Shown: positions 28,043-38,931, counted from the stretch's first letter. The stretch is 64,000 bases of DNA from a bacterium (GCA_965221165.1 CBDCRP010000003.1:672001-736000); one strand, 5' to 3'. Numbers and translations: made by a program. The notes: a model not told the origin generated them from the sequence alone.

Positions 28043-29635
28043 ATGGCGCAATTCGACGGAGTCGTGATCGGGGCGGGACATAATGGCCTGGTATGCGCGG
28101 CGTATCTCGCCCGGGCGGGGCTCAAAGTCGCCGTTTTGGACAGTGAACCCGAAATCGGCGGCGGGTCGAGCACGAAAGATTTTCTGCTGCCCGGCTACCG
28201 CTCCAACATGCACGCGAATTTCTTCATCGGTCTCGATGATTTTCCAATCGTCAAAGACCTGGAGTTGACCAAATACGGGTTCAATTGGCTCACGCCCGAC
28301 GTGCAGCACGCCACGCTGTATCGTGACGGCACGGCCATTCTGCTGCACCGCGACCCGGAGAAAAGCGCGGCCTCCATCTCTAGGTTCTCGCAAAAAGACG
28401 CTGAATCATACGCCTATCTGCACCGGCGATTCGCCGTGGAACTCGCCCCTCTCCTGCGCAGTTTTTTGTTCCATCCGCCCTTGCCTCCGGTCGAAATCGC
28501 CTCCCGCATGGAAAGCGATGCCGGACGGGAGATTTTGAGCTTTGCCAAAATGTCGATTTTCGAGGCCATCGAATCACACTTCGAGCATCCCAAAATGCGG
28601 GCCTTGTTCTTCTTGTTCTCTCACGCCATCACGGTGGAGGACGCGCCGGGCACGGGTATTTTTCTCCCGAGTCTGTTTTCCACCCACACGACGCTCGGGC
28701 TTCCGGTGGGAGGCGCGATGCAACTGCCTTTGGCGCTCGAGCGCATCGTCATCCAGAACGGTGGCGTTGTCTTGAGAAACAGCCATGTGCGGGAAGTGAT
28801 ACGGGAAAACGGACGCGCAACGGGCGTCATGCTCGATAATGGAGAGAGGATGATGGCGACGCATTTCGTCGCCTCGAGCCTCAATGCGCCGGCATCCATC
28901 AAAATGGCCGGAGAAGACGCCTTCCCCGATGAGGTGAACGAAAAGGTGCGAAACTGGGACTGGGGTTTCCATTCCCTGAGCACGTTGCATCTCGCCCTGG
29001 CAGAAATCCCGCGATATACCGCAGAGAATTTCGACTCAGACGTGGGCGAAGCGTACAACATCATCTTCGGTGCGGATTCCGGTGAGGAGATGGCCGAGAA
29101 CACGGAAGAGCGCAAAAACGGCCTGCTGCCGTCGCGCCCGATGGGCAACGGCTCATGCAACAGCCAGCATGATCCCTCCTATGCGCCCCCAGGCGGCCAC
29201 GTCGCCTTCTGGTGGCCGGGAGCCCCCTATGAACTGAAAGACGGCGGCCCTCAAAAGTGGGATGAAATAAAAAAGGAATACACCGAGCGCCTGGTGGACG
29301 TATGGCGAGGCTACGCTCCCAATCTCACGCCCGAGAACGTTCGCGCGGCGGATATCTACACCCCGCTCGACGTGGAACGCGGAAACAAGAACATGGTCCG
29401 TGGCGGGGTGCGCATGGGGGCGTACATTCCCGAGCAATTGGGGATCAACAGGCCCCATCCCCTGCTCTCCGGCATGAGGACTCCTCTGGAAGGGTTCTAC
29501 CTGTGCAGTTCGAGTTGCCAGGGGGGTGGTTTGAACGGAGCGCCCGGCTATAACGCAGCCGGCGCAATTGCGGATGATTTAGGCGTCGAGAAATGGTGGG
29601 AGCCGCTTCCTGCGCCTGCGGCGCCCGCCAACTAA
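28043..29635 (+). CDS. phytoene dehydrogenase-like FAD-dependent oxidoreductase
   Basis: IGAGHNGLVCAAYLA, DPSYAPPG, RTPLEGFYLC, GAPGYNAA. Confidence 0.85.
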   Translation: MAQFDGVVIGAGHNGLVCAAYLARAGLKVAVLDSEPEIGGGSSTKDFLLPGYRSNMHANFFIGLDDFPIVKDLELTKYGFNWLTPDVQHATLYRDGTAILLHRDPEKSAASISRFSQKDAESYAYLHRRFAVELAPLLRSFLFHPPLPPVEIASRMESDAGREILSFAKMSIFEAIESHFEHPKMRALFFLFSHAITVEDAPGTGIFLPSLFSTHTTLGLPVGGAMQLPLALERIVIQNGGVVLRNSHVREVIRENGRATGVMLDNGERMMATHFVASSLNAPASIKMAGEDAFPDEVNEKVRNWDWGFHSLSTLHLALAEIPRYTAENFDSDVGEAYNIIFGADSGEEMAENTEERKNGLLPSRPMGNGSCNSQHDPSYAPPGGHVAFWWPGAPYELKDGGPQKWDEIKKEYTERLVDVWRGYAPNLTPENVRAADIYTPLDVERGNKNMVRGGVRMGAYIPEQLGINRPHPLLSGMRTPLEGFYLCSSSCQGGGLNGAPGYNAAGAIADDLGVEKWWEPLPAPAAPAN

Positions 29636-29636
29636 A

Positions 29637-30038
29637 CTAATTCTTCGTATCGGGAATCATCACCACCGCCTCGATTTCTACGATGTCGTCCTGATTCAAC
29701 CTACTCACTTCTACAATGGTGCGCGTGGGGAGATTCGGCCCGAAGTATTCCTCGTACAGCCGGTTGATGGCCGGGCGATGGGCATCCATGTCTCTCACGT
29801 AGACGACGGTGGAAACAAAGGTCGCAAGCGACCCTCCCGCCGCCTCGGCAATGGCTTTGAGATTCTCGAAAGTCCTTCTGGCGCGCGCCTCTATGGTTCC
29901 TTCAACGAGTTCCCCGGAATCGGGGTCGATGCCGCGTTGACCGGCGATGAACAACAGATTCCCCACGCGGCGCGCCTGAACGAAAGGGCCGGTGGGTGAA
30001 GGCGCCAGGCTTGTTTGAATGGTTTGAGGCGACTCCAA
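29637..30038 (-). CDS. RidA family protein
   Basis: APSPTGPF, LFIAGQ, PTRT, VEIEA; TTG start re-picked. Confidence 0.85.
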   Translation of the reverse strand: MESPQTIQTSLAPSPTGPFVQARRVGNLLFIAGQRGIDPDSGELVEGTIEARARRTFENLKAIAEAAGGSLATFVSTVVYVRDMDAHRPAINRLYEEYFGPNLPTRTIVEVSRLNQDDIVEIEAVVMIPDTKN

Positions 30039-30096
30039 GGCGTTCCCCCGATTTGAACGCTGGAAAAACTGCCCGATGGGACTCTCTAGTGCGTCG

Positions 30097-30321
30097 CTAT
30101 TTTTTCTTGCCCTTGGGCAATTCCGCCGGAAAAGCGATCTTGAGCCATTGCTGGGTGAGTATCGTCGCGGCATTCTCATCTTTTCCCGGAATGAATGCGA
30201 TGGGCTCCCTGGGCTGGTCCCCATCCTGCTCGAGCATAAAGACATCCACGCCAAACCCGTACAGATCATGCTCGCGGGCTGCGAGGTTATATTTCACCCC
30301 ATTGTTCGTCAGTTGGTTCAT
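30097..30321 (-). CDS. hypothetical protein
   Basis: 74-aa ORF with AAGGA SD, co-oriented with ridA. Confidence 0.55.
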   Translation of the reverse strand: MNQLTNNGVKYNLAAREHDLYGFGVDVFMLEQDGDQPREPIAFIPGKDENAATILTQQWLKIAFPAELPKGKKK

Positions 30322-30557
30322 CTCGGATTATCCTTTCAAAGTCTCTGGCGAAAACTCGACGATGACGATTTCGACTCTCCCTATCATAGCGGATGGCTTG
30401 AACCCCCGTAAAGTTTGGAGGGCGATCTCAAACCCATTTTTTAATCAACCTTTCGCTGGTTCACACTCCAAGCCCGATAGTCCGGCCCGACACACCGCGC
30501 CCCTGGAACCCATCTGCCTTGACCCCATTTGGGGCCTATGATAAACGCAAAAACCAT

Positions 30558-30632
30558 GGGCCGTTAGCTCAGTGGCAGAGCGCTGCCTTCACACGGCAGA
30601 AGTCACTGGTTCAAATCCAGTACGGCCCACCA
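30558..30632 (+). tRNA. tRNA-Val (CAC)
   Basis: Cloverleaf; anticodon arm CTGCC-TTCACAC-GGCAG; GGTTCAAATCC; encoded CCA. Confidence 0.95.
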
Positions 30633-30671
30633 TTTTAATTTCGTACAGCACTCAACGGAAAACGACTGTTC

Positions 30672-31724
30672 CTAGATGTCGATGCCGTCCAGAAGTTCTT
30701 TCATCTGTATTTTTCTTCCCTCTTCCGCCGAGCGGCACGAACCTTCCACCAGTGCGAGGGCATGGACGGCCTCGCGAGGACCGGTTTCTGGGGCAACTCC
30801 CGTGCGGGCGCAATCGGCGAACTCTTCTACCTCATCGATTATCATATCCGCCATTTCAGGCACGGGCAGGTCCGTCCAACCGGCCTCTCCCGCCTTTTGA
30901 ATCGCCAGCGTCGTCTCATCGTTGGTTCGGTGGGCCAGGATGATGTTCTCCCGCACCATCTCGAGAGAGACCACCGCCTGGGTGCCGTGCAGCTTGAGCG
31001 TGAATACGCCCGGCGTCACGAAACTCGTCATCAGGGTGGAGACGGGGCCTCCCTCATGCTCGGTAATCGTCATCGTCACGTCATCGATCTCGGCCGGCGT
31101 GGCCAGTTTTTTGTGGATCCCCGATACGCTTACGGGTTCCCCCAACAGATAGTTCAGCGTGTCGCAGTGGTGAATCCCCATCTGCATGAGGGGGCCGCCC
31201 GGACACTCATCCCGGAAAAAACGCCACTTCTCCGGCGTGAAAAACTGCCCCATGTGGTTCGAGAACACCGCCTCCGCCCAAAGCGGCTTACCAATAGTTC
31301 CATCTTCTATCAGCGCCCGGATTTTCCGGTGCCCCGCCGCGCGCCGGTAACAATGCCCCACCGCCAGAATCTGTCCGGACGCCCTCCAGGCTTTCAGCAC
31401 TTCCGGCGTCTCGGCCAAAACATTCGTTATCGGTTTCTCCACCCAGACGTGCTTGCCCGCCTCGAGCGCGGAGATTATCTGGGCCGCATGAACCTTGTTG
31501 GGCGTGGTGAGCAGCACTCCCTCTACATCGGGATTCTCCAGCATCGCCTCATAGCTCGACGCCGCCTCGCAACCATGCTCCTCGGCGAAAGAGGCGCGCT
31601 TTTCCTCATCGCGCGTGTAGCAGGTGATTAAATCTATCTTTTCGCTTCTGCGCAGGGCGTCGGCTATCGGCGTCGCCCACCACCCAAGGCCCACGAGAGC
31701 CGTTCTGAAATTTTCCTGAGACAT
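30672..31724 (-). CDS. Gfo/Idh/MocA family oxidoreductase
   Basis: GLGWW, GKHVWVEKP, GIHHCD. Confidence 0.9.
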   Translation of the reverse strand: MSQENFRTALVGLGWWATPIADALRRSEKIDLITCYTRDEEKRASFAEEHGCEAASSYEAMLENPDVEGVLLTTPNKVHAAQIISALEAGKHVWVEKPITNVLAETPEVLKAWRASGQILAVGHCYRRAAGHRKIRALIEDGTIGKPLWAEAVFSNHMGQFFTPEKWRFFRDECPGGPLMQMGIHHCDTLNYLLGEPVSVSGIHKKLATPAEIDDVTMTITEHEGGPVSTLMTSFVTPGVFTLKLHGTQAVVSLEMVRENIILAHRTNDETTLAIQKAGEAGWTDLPVPEMADMIIDEVEEFADCARTGVAPETGPREAVHALALVEGSCRSAEEGRKIQMKELLDGIDI

Positions 31725-31786
31725 GAAAACTCCTCGTTTTCAACATCCGGTTCCTGAGAAAGATTTCCCACCGAAGTGAGAATCGT

Positions 31787-34360
31787 CTACATCAAACTTA
31801 TCGGGTCGACATCCACCGCCAGGCGAACGGAAGAAAAGGCTGTCTGCCCGTCAAATTCCGCCGTCAGCGATTTGAGCGCCTCGCCCAGGCGCCTCGACGT
31901 CCTGGCCTTGAGAATCATGTGATACCGCCATACGCCGCGAATTCTCAAAAGAGGCGCAGGCGCGGGGCCCAGGTATTCGACTCCATCCGTATCGGCAGTG
32001 CGCCCGGCGGCTCCGGCGCCACGTTCCCTCAGATAAGAGGCCGTCCATTCACCGGCTTTCGCGGCAAGATGCTTGTTTTTCGACTCGAAACGCAGTCTGG
32101 CCAGGCGTCGATACGGCGGGTAGCCCATCCGCTCCCTCGCCAGGGCTTCTCTCTTGTAAAACCCGGCGTAATCATGCGTACGGGCGCACTGAACCGCGAA
32201 ATGATCCGGCCTGAATGTCTGAATGAGGACCTCTCCCGGCAAATCGGCGCGGCCCGCCCGGCCGGCCACCTGCGTCAATAGCTGAAAAGTCCGCTCGCTC
32301 GCCCTGAAATCCGGCAGATGAAGCCCGACGTCGGCCACCACGACGCCCACGAGCGTCAGTTTCGGGAAATCATGGCCCTTCGCCACCATTTGCGTCCCGA
32401 TCAATACGTCGATTTCCCCGTTTCGCATGGCGCCGAATATCCGTTCGTACGCGCCCGCGCGACGGGTGGTGTCGCGATCCAGACGCTGCACGCGTGCTTC
32501 GGGGAATCGCGCCCTCACGGCCTCCTCCACGCGCTCCGTCCCCACGCCGAAATAACCCACGCGCTCGCTACGGCACGAAGGGCACCTACTGGGTGGATGC
32601 GCGCTGTAATCGCACCAATGGCACTGCACCCTTCCCCCGCCGTCACGGTGAAAAGTCAAGGGAATCGAACAATTGCGACACTGAAGCGCCTCGCCACAAT
32701 CGCGGCACAGGATCACCGAGGAGAACCCGCGCCGATTCAGGAACAACAGCGTCTGCTCGCCTTTCGCCAGCCGCTCTTTTATGGCCGCCACCAAATCGCG
32801 CGTCAAAAGCTCGGGCGTCTTGGGATCGGAGCCTGCCTCTTTTCTTAAATCCACCAATCGCACTTCCGGCAACGTTCCCCCCGTGGGTCGATGTGACAAC
32901 GTGCGAAGGCGGTAGCGACCGCTTCTGGCGCTCGTATAGCTTTCAATCGATGGCGTCGCCGAACCCAGCACGACCGGAACCCCCAAGTTTCTGGCGCGCA
33001 CGATTCCGGTATCCCTCGCGTGGTAGCGGGGGGATTCCTCCTGCTTGTAGGAGCCGTCGTGCTCCTCGTCCACCGCGATCATTCCCAGGTTCGGAATCGG
33101 GGCGAAAACGGCGGACCTCGTGCCCACGACGATGGACGCATCCCCGCTCTTGATTCGCCGCCATTCGGATATGCGTTTTTTTTCCGAATAGGCGCTATGC
33201 AGACAAGCCACCAAATGACCAAAACGCTCGTGAAACCGCCCCAACAATTGGGGGGTCAGGCCGATTTCCGGCACGAGAATCAAAGCGCCCGACCCGTTAT
33301 CGAGAGCCTTTTGCGCCAGTTGAATATAGACTTCCGTTTTCCCGCTTCCCGTGACGCCGTGAAGAAGCGTCACCGAAAATTCCCTTTTTTGAATATCCCT
33401 ACTCACCAATTCGAGCGATTCTTTCTGCTCATCCGTAAGGTCCATAAAAGGCGCACCGGGGTTTGGACGCAGGTCGCGCACATCCTCCTCATCGGGCGCG
33501 AGGTCTTCCTCCATCTCGATCCATCCCTTTTTCTCCAAAGCCGCGCATGCAGTGCGCGCGCCTTTCGAGAGGATTTCCAGTTCCTGCACTCGCATCCGCC
33601 CACCATCCGCCTGGCCCAAGAGACGCAGGATTTCCGCTTGGCGTTTCGCGCGTTTTTCCAAATCCTTCAAATCATCCTCTCCGGGCTTCTCGCAAAGACG
33701 CGCGTACTTGGTCTTTCTGGGTCTTGAACCACCCACGGCATCGACAATTTTCTCCACGAAGCCCGCATCGAGAAGGCGCATGAGTTCCGGGCGCGTTCCG
33801 CGTCCGAACGAAGCCGTAAGGGAACCGATGGTTCTCGGAGCCTTGCGGAGCGCCACCAGAATTCCCGCCTTGTGGCTTCCCTTTCCCTCTGAGGGTTTCA
33901 GCCCGGGCAAGCCCAGGCCGCCTTCCGCGAACGCGGCCTCGCGCCTGCCCGATTCACTCAGCCGGTAACGCTCTACGGTTTTCTTCTCTTTGTGGGAAGG
34001 AAGCGCGAATTTAAGCGCCTCCCCCCAGCCGCAACAATAGTATTCCGCCACCCACTTGGTGAGTTCCAAAAGCTCCGGCGTGAGCAACGGCTCATCGTCT
34101 ATCATCTCCAGAACGGATTTTATCGAGGCAGGCTCCACCCCGGCCGGCGGACTCTCGCCCGGCGGGCCGACGACGTATCCCGTAACCTTCCTTTTTCCCA
34201 GCGGCACCAGTACGCGCAGCCCGGGCGCCAGCCTCTCCGCGAACTCATGACCCGCCCGGTAGGTGAGCGGCTTGAGCTGCGGGACGCTGAGCGCAACCTC
34301 GACATAAAGACTTCCCGGTTCTCGCGCTTTCGCGACCTCTTTTTTGATGGTGTATTTCAC
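31787..34360 (-). CDS. priA: primosomal protein N'
   Basis: HGVTGSGKTEVY, DEEH, Cys-rich region, GTQMVAKGHDF, QVAGRAGR; GTGA overlap with upstream stop. Confidence 0.95.
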   Translation of the reverse strand: MKYTIKKEVAKAREPGSLYVEVALSVPQLKPLTYRAGHEFAERLAPGLRVLVPLGKRKVTGYVVGPPGESPPAGVEPASIKSVLEMIDDEPLLTPELLELTKWVAEYYCCGWGEALKFALPSHKEKKTVERYRLSESGRREAAFAEGGLGLPGLKPSEGKGSHKAGILVALRKAPRTIGSLTASFGRGTRPELMRLLDAGFVEKIVDAVGGSRPRKTKYARLCEKPGEDDLKDLEKRAKRQAEILRLLGQADGGRMRVQELEILSKGARTACAALEKKGWIEMEEDLAPDEEDVRDLRPNPGAPFMDLTDEQKESLELVSRDIQKREFSVTLLHGVTGSGKTEVYIQLAQKALDNGSGALILVPEIGLTPQLLGRFHERFGHLVACLHSAYSEKKRISEWRRIKSGDASIVVGTRSAVFAPIPNLGMIAVDEEHDGSYKQEESPRYHARDTGIVRARNLGVPVVLGSATPSIESYTSARSGRYRLRTLSHRPTGGTLPEVRLVDLRKEAGSDPKTPELLTRDLVAAIKERLAKGEQTLLFLNRRGFSSVILCRDCGEALQCRNCSIPLTFHRDGGGRVQCHWCDYSAHPPSRCPSCRSERVGYFGVGTERVEEAVRARFPEARVQRLDRDTTRRAGAYERIFGAMRNGEIDVLIGTQMVAKGHDFPKLTLVGVVVADVGLHLPDFRASERTFQLLTQVAGRAGRADLPGEVLIQTFRPDHFAVQCARTHDYAGFYKREALARERMGYPPYRRLARLRFESKNKHLAAKAGEWTASYLRERGAGAAGRTADTDGVEYLGPAPAPLLRIRGVWRYHMILKARTSRRLGEALKSLTAEFDGQTAFSSVRLAVDVDPISLM

Positions 34361-35325
34361 GGACGAGGCGTCCCGCCGTTCATGATGGTCTGGAGGTGAT
34401 CCCGGGTGAGATTCCGCCCGCTCAGGATTCCGGCGACTCGTTTGCCCTTCAGGTCCATTTTCATCGCAGCCGCCGTCGCGGCGGCGCCCGCGCCCTCGGC
34501 GATGAGGTGCGTTTCCGAGACGAGCAGACGAATGGCGTCGCACAATTCCTCCTCGCTCACCATCACGATTTCATCCACATATCGCCTCATCATCGAGAAC
34601 GTCAGTTCAAAAGGCATCCTCGTGGCGAGACCATCCGCAAAGGTGTTCGCCGCCGGCTGGGGCAGCATTTCTCCTGCGTAAAAACTCTTGAAGAACGCCG
34701 GAGCGTTTTCCGCCTGAACCCCCACGACATGCACTTTTGCGTTGATGTGCTTGGCGACGAGGCCCGCGCCGCACACCCCGCTGCCCCCGCCGAGGGGAAC
34801 GATGATCACCTCGACATCCGGTTCGCGCTCCATGATTTCCAGCGTCTGGGTCGCCACGCCCGCGATGAGGTGCGGCTCGTTGGCCGAGTGAACATAGCGC
34901 ATACCCCGCGCTTCGCATTGCTCCTCACACCACACCCTGGCGTCATCGAAATCCTTGCCCACGAATGCGACTTCCGCCCCCAGTCTCTCGATGGCCGAGA
35001 TTTTATCCGGATTGGCTCCATTCGGCGCCGCCACCAACGCCTTTACACCGAAAATCCGCGCGGCATAGGCGATGGACTGCCCATGGTTGCCGGTCGACGC
35101 CGTGATGAGGCCCGATTTCTTCTCATCCGGCCCAAGCTGGGCGACGAGATTCACGCCGCCGCGCACCTTGAATGCGCCGATGGGCTGCATGGACTCGAAT
35201 TTCATGAAATACCTACACCCCATGCGCTCAGAGAGCACCGGCACCTCGTGAAAGGGCGTGGGCTGCAAATATGCGGCAATGCGTTTTTGCGCCGCCAAAA
35301 CATCGTCAAACGCAGGCTCGCTCAT
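34357..35325 (-). CDS. PLP-dependent threonine/serine dehydratase
   Basis: GAFKVRG, STGNHGQ, GGGSG, EGAGA. Confidence 0.9.
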   Translation of the reverse strand: MSEPAFDDVLAAQKRIAAYLQPTPFHEVPVLSERMGCRYFMKFESMQPIGAFKVRGGVNLVAQLGPDEKKSGLITASTGNHGQSIAYAARIFGVKALVAAPNGANPDKISAIERLGAEVAFVGKDFDDARVWCEEQCEARGMRYVHSANEPHLIAGVATQTLEIMEREPDVEVIIVPLGGGSGVCGAGLVAKHINAKVHVVGVQAENAPAFFKSFYAGEMLPQPAANTFADGLATRMPFELTFSMMRRYVDEIVMVSEEELCDAIRLLVSETHLIAEGAGAAATAAAMKMDLKGKRVAGILSGRNLTRDHLQTIMNGGTPRP

Positions 35326-35578
35326 GGTTCCTCCGGTGGTGGGCGTATCCCGTATTCTTATAGCAAAATTTACGCCGCCGGGAGCCACCACGAAACGAGA
35401 AAAAGACGGTTTTTTCTATCCATCTGAAATCTCGGGCATTACACCCCGCTACGTGCGTGATCGAGGAGGGGCCATCCCGGCCGGCTTTCGCCCGTAGATG
35501 CGGATGTTGACCCCCTTCGTCGCGCAACCTAGAATGCCTGCACGAACAAAAACGATTTCTTTGCCGTGGAGGTTTATT

Positions 35579-35908
35579 ATGAAAAGCGCTCTGGAAATAG
35601 CGATGGAGAAAACTTCCGCCATCGGGGAGAAAGCGCGCCAGGAACTGGAAAAACTCACCCCCGAGCAAAGGGACAAGATTGAGGAAATCAAAAAGGTATA
35701 CGCGGGGAAAATCGCTGAAAAAGACGTTCTCCACCAACAGGAATTGCTGAAAATGACGGGCGGCGCTCCCATCGAAGCCGTCGAGGCGCAACTCGAAACC
35801 GAGGCCAGAGAGGCGCTTGGCGCATTCCGCCAGAAATTCCGGGACGAGCGTGAGGCGCTCGAAGCCGAGCGTGACGAGAAAATAGAAGCCATCAAACAAG
35901 AAAGTTGA
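35579..35908 (+). CDS. small coiled-coil hypothetical protein
   Basis: MKSALEIAMEKT N-terminus, GGAGG SD. Confidence 0.7.
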   Translation: MKSALEIAMEKTSAIGEKARQELEKLTPEQRDKIEEIKKVYAGKIAEKDVLHQQELLKMTGGAPIEAVEAQLETEAREALGAFRQKFRDEREALEAERDEKIEAIKQES

Positions 35909-35915
35909 CCCATCC

Positions 35916-36887
35916 ATGAGCCGTGTTGCGATTGTCCGTTGTCGAGATTATGAGAGAGAGCGCGTAAGCGACGCCGTCGCCCAAGCCTTCGAAGCCCTGG
36001 GTGGCGCAGCGCAATTCACCTCTAAAACCGATGAGATTCTCCTGAAACCCAATATCCTGAAAGGCGCGCCGCCGGAAAGCGCGTTGACCACCCACCCCGA
36101 AATACTCCGGGCGGTGGCGGAGCAAATTCAGAACTCGGCCTCCCCTCCCCGAATACTGTCCATGGGCGACAGCCCCGCCTGGGGAAGCCTCGCCAGTTGC
36201 GCCGAGCAAGCCGGTTTATTGGAAATATGCGAGGAACTCGGACTTCCGCTCACCCAATTCCGGCAAGGGGTAAAAATCCCCAATCCGGACGGGGTCGTTT
36301 ATGCGCACCTCACCATGGCGAAAGAGGCCATGGGCGTAGACGGAATCATCAACCTGCCGAAGCTCAAGACCCATTGCCAGCTTTATATGACGGGCGCGGT
36401 CAAGAATCTGTTCGGTTGCGTGGCGGGAAAAAGAAAGGCGTGGTGGCACTTCAAGGCGGGAACTTTCGAGGATTATTTTCCGCTCATGCTCATTGAAACG
36501 GCGCGATTGTTGAATACGAGGCTCTCCGTTCTGGACGCCGTCTACGCGATGGAAGGCCAGGGTCCCGCACAGGGAACCCCCCGCCGGGTGGGCGTCATCA
36601 TCGCGAGCGCAGACCCGGTGGCGCTCGACCGTGTCGCCTGCGAGGTATCAGGACTCGCGCCCGAAAAACTGAGAACCCTGGAAGCCGCCCGGCTGACGGG
36701 CTTCGGTGAGGCGGATTTGGACAAAATCGAAGTGGTGGGACTGCCCCTTCAGGAGGCGAAACTCTCCAGTCCCCTGGTCGAGCCCAGAATGATACCGATA
36801 GGCTTCAGCATCCCGCGCGTCGTCAAGAGCACGCTGAAACAACAGTGGCTCACGCGCGTGCGGGAACCTCTCCGGAAAATTTCATAG
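35916..36887 (+). CDS. DUF362 domain protein
   Basis: LLKPN, TTHP, NLPKLKTH, GAVKNLFG, MEGQGP, DPVALD. Confidence 0.9.
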   Translation: MSRVAIVRCRDYERERVSDAVAQAFEALGGAAQFTSKTDEILLKPNILKGAPPESALTTHPEILRAVAEQIQNSASPPRILSMGDSPAWGSLASCAEQAGLLEICEELGLPLTQFRQGVKIPNPDGVVYAHLTMAKEAMGVDGIINLPKLKTHCQLYMTGAVKNLFGCVAGKRKAWWHFKAGTFEDYFPLMLIETARLLNTRLSVLDAVYAMEGQGPAQGTPRRVGVIIASADPVALDRVACEVSGLAPEKLRTLEAARLTGFGEADLDKIEVVGLPLQEAKLSSPLVEPRMIPIGFSIPRVVKSTLKQQWLTRVREPLRKIS

Positions 36888-36901
36888 ATTTTCTTGCTAA
36901 A

Positions 36902-37675
36902 TTAGATATTCGAGCGGCTTTGCGAGCCGTCCACGTTCCAGCAGGCCCCATGCACCAGGCTCGCTCTCGGGCTCACCATGAAGACGGCCACGGCGGAGAG
37001 TTCCTCGGGGCGACCGAACCGGCCCAGCGGCATTTCCGAGTCGATGAAGCCCTTCAATCCATCCACCGCCTCATTTGTCCTCCGCTCCCAGACCCCGCCC
37101 GGGAAAATGATGCTGCCGGGGGCGATTGAATTGACCCGAATGTTATCCTGCGCCGTCTGCTGTGCGAGGCCCTTGGAGAAGCTGATGAGCGCCGCCTTGG
37201 ATGCGTTGTACGTCATCGCGCCCTTCGATTCGCGGCCATAGATAGAGGCGACGTTCAGGATAGAGCCTCCGCCTCTTTTTTTCATCTCCGGTATCACGAG
37301 ACGCGAGAGCGTCACCGCATGATAGAGGTTGAAATCGAACCCTTCGCGCCATTCCGCGTCCGTGATGTCGAGAAACGCCTTGGGGTTGCTGCCGCCTACG
37401 TTGTTCACGAGAATATCGACGCCGCCGAACGCATCGAGCGCCTTGCGCAAAAAAGCATCGGGCACGCCCTCTTGCGTCACGTCGCCCACCAAACCCGCCG
37501 TGCGGCCGCCGCCCAGCGCGTTCAGTTCATCGACGGCCTCACGCAGGCGCTCCTCTCCCCGCGCGCTTATCGCCACGTGGCAGCCCTCGCCCACCAGATC
37601 CTTTGCGATATGAAAGCCGAGGCCCCGACTGCCGCCTGAGATCATCGCCACTTTATCGGTGAGCATCAAATCCAT
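36902..37675 (-). CDS. SDR family oxidoreductase
   Basis: GGSRGLG, NNVG, YNASK. Confidence 0.92.
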   Translation of the reverse strand: MDLMLTDKVAMISGGSRGLGFHIAKDLVGEGCHVAISARGEERLREAVDELNALGGGRTAGLVGDVTQEGVPDAFLRKALDAFGGVDILVNNVGGSNPKAFLDITDAEWREGFDFNLYHAVTLSRLVIPEMKKRGGGSILNVASIYGRESKGAMTYNASKAALISFSKGLAQQTAQDNIRVNSIAPGSIIFPGGVWERRTNEAVDGLKGFIDSEMPLGRFGRPEELSAVAVFMVSPRASLVHGACWNVDGSQSRSNI

Positions 37676-37746
37676 TGTTTTTCCTCCCGAGCCGGAGAGT
37701 GCGGAGGCACGCGGCGAGCGGCCCCGAGAAGCATCACATGATGTCC

Positions 37747-38931
37747 CTAAGCGGGCTCGTCCAGCGTCTGCGCGGCGCGCAGCAGCGTCATCGAGTCCGT
37801 CCCGTCGCCGTGCAGGAAGGTGAGCAGGTCGCGCATCATCTTCTCCGTCGGCGTTTCCTTCATGATGCCGATGCCACCGAGAATATCCGTGGCGAAAGCG
37901 ATCGTCTTGAGCGCCACCTGATCGCTGAACACCTTTCCGTAGCGCGTGAAGCGCGTGTTGTAGCTCTCATCGTTCTCCACGCCCCAACTGATGCGCCACA
38001 TGAACTGCTCGGCCACCTCGATGTTCATGAGCATCTCGGCGAGTTGGTGCTGTATCGTCTGATGCTCGATGATGGGCTTGCCGCCCTGTATGCGCTCTTT
38101 CGCGTGCTGGAGACAGAAATTGTAAATACCGCGCGCAATGCCCGTATTACACGCCGGAAGCTCGGCGCTGCCCCGGAACACCGTGCCGAAGGTGTGAAAA
38201 CCCTTATTCACCCCGCCCAGGATGTCGTCCTTATGAACGCGCACGTTGTCGTAGTAGCTCTCGGCATTGGGATACAGCCTGTAGCCGAGCTTGTCGTGCA
38301 CGTTGCCGTAGGTAACGCCCTCCTGGTCCCCGTGTACGAGAAAGCAGCTAGTCCCCTGATGAAGCGGAACAGTGGGGTCCGTCCTCGCGAAGACCAGCAG
38401 GATTTTCGCCCAACTCGTGAGGGAGGTGAACCGTTTCGCACCGTTGATGACGTAGTAATCGCCATCCTCGACCGCCGAGGTTTTAAGGCCCAGACTGGGG
38501 TCGGACTGGCGGTAGATGTTGTCCGAACCGTAATCCGGCTCCGTTATCACGAACGAGCCCACGCAGTCGTGATCCTCGACGAACATCTTGCCCCATTTTT
38601 CGATCTGCGCCTCCGTGCCGCATTTGAAGAGCGCGTTCGATATCTTCCAGCACTGGCTCAGACACTTGATGACGCCGATCTCGATTTGCGCGCCCGTCCA
38701 GAGACAGAGAGCCTTCGTCGTCGTATCGGCCCCGATGCCTCCATGTTCCTCGGGAACCGCCATGGTGCGCAGGCCGAGCTGCGACGCCTTGTTGAGGAGC
38801 TCGCCCGGATAGCAATCCTTCGGGTCGGGCCGCCTGTCCATTTCCGCGGCGACGGGCGCGACATCGCGCTCCATGAAATCCCGGGTCAGATCCGCCAGCG
38901 CCAACTGCTCTTCAGTGAATGGATATTGCAT
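37747..38931 (-). CDS. acyl-CoA dehydrogenase family protein
   Basis: TEPDYGSD, INGAKRF, KLGYR, ERIQGGKPI, GGIG. Confidence 0.9.
   Translation of the reverse strand: MQYPFTEEQLALADLTRDFMERDVAPVAAEMDRRPDPKDCYPGELLNKASQLGLRTMAVPEEHGGIGADTTTKALCLWTGAQIEIGVIKCLSQCWKISNALFKCGTEAQIEKWGKMFVEDHDCVGSFVITEPDYGSDNIYRQSDPSLGLKTSAVEDGDYYVINGAKRFTSLTSWAKILLVFARTDPTVPLHQGTSCFLVHGDQEGVTYGNVHDKLGYRLYPNAESYYDNVRVHKDDILGGVNKGFHTFGTVFRGSAELPACNTGIARGIYNFCLQHAKERIQGGKPIIEHQTIQHQLAEMLMNIEVAEQFMWRISWGVENDESYNTRFTRYGKVFSDQVALKTIAFATDILGGIGIMKETPTEKMMRDLLTFLHGDGTDSMTLLRAAQTLDEPA

Noticed and set aside
28043-29635. crtI as part of the hpn isoprenoid pathway
   Set aside because: Motifs fit the broad phytoene-dehydrogenase-like family, and the gene is unlinked to hpnCDE and on the other strand
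30633-30671. Integration at tRNA-Val
   Set aside because: The next gene is an ordinary oxidoreductase; no integrase or direct repeat
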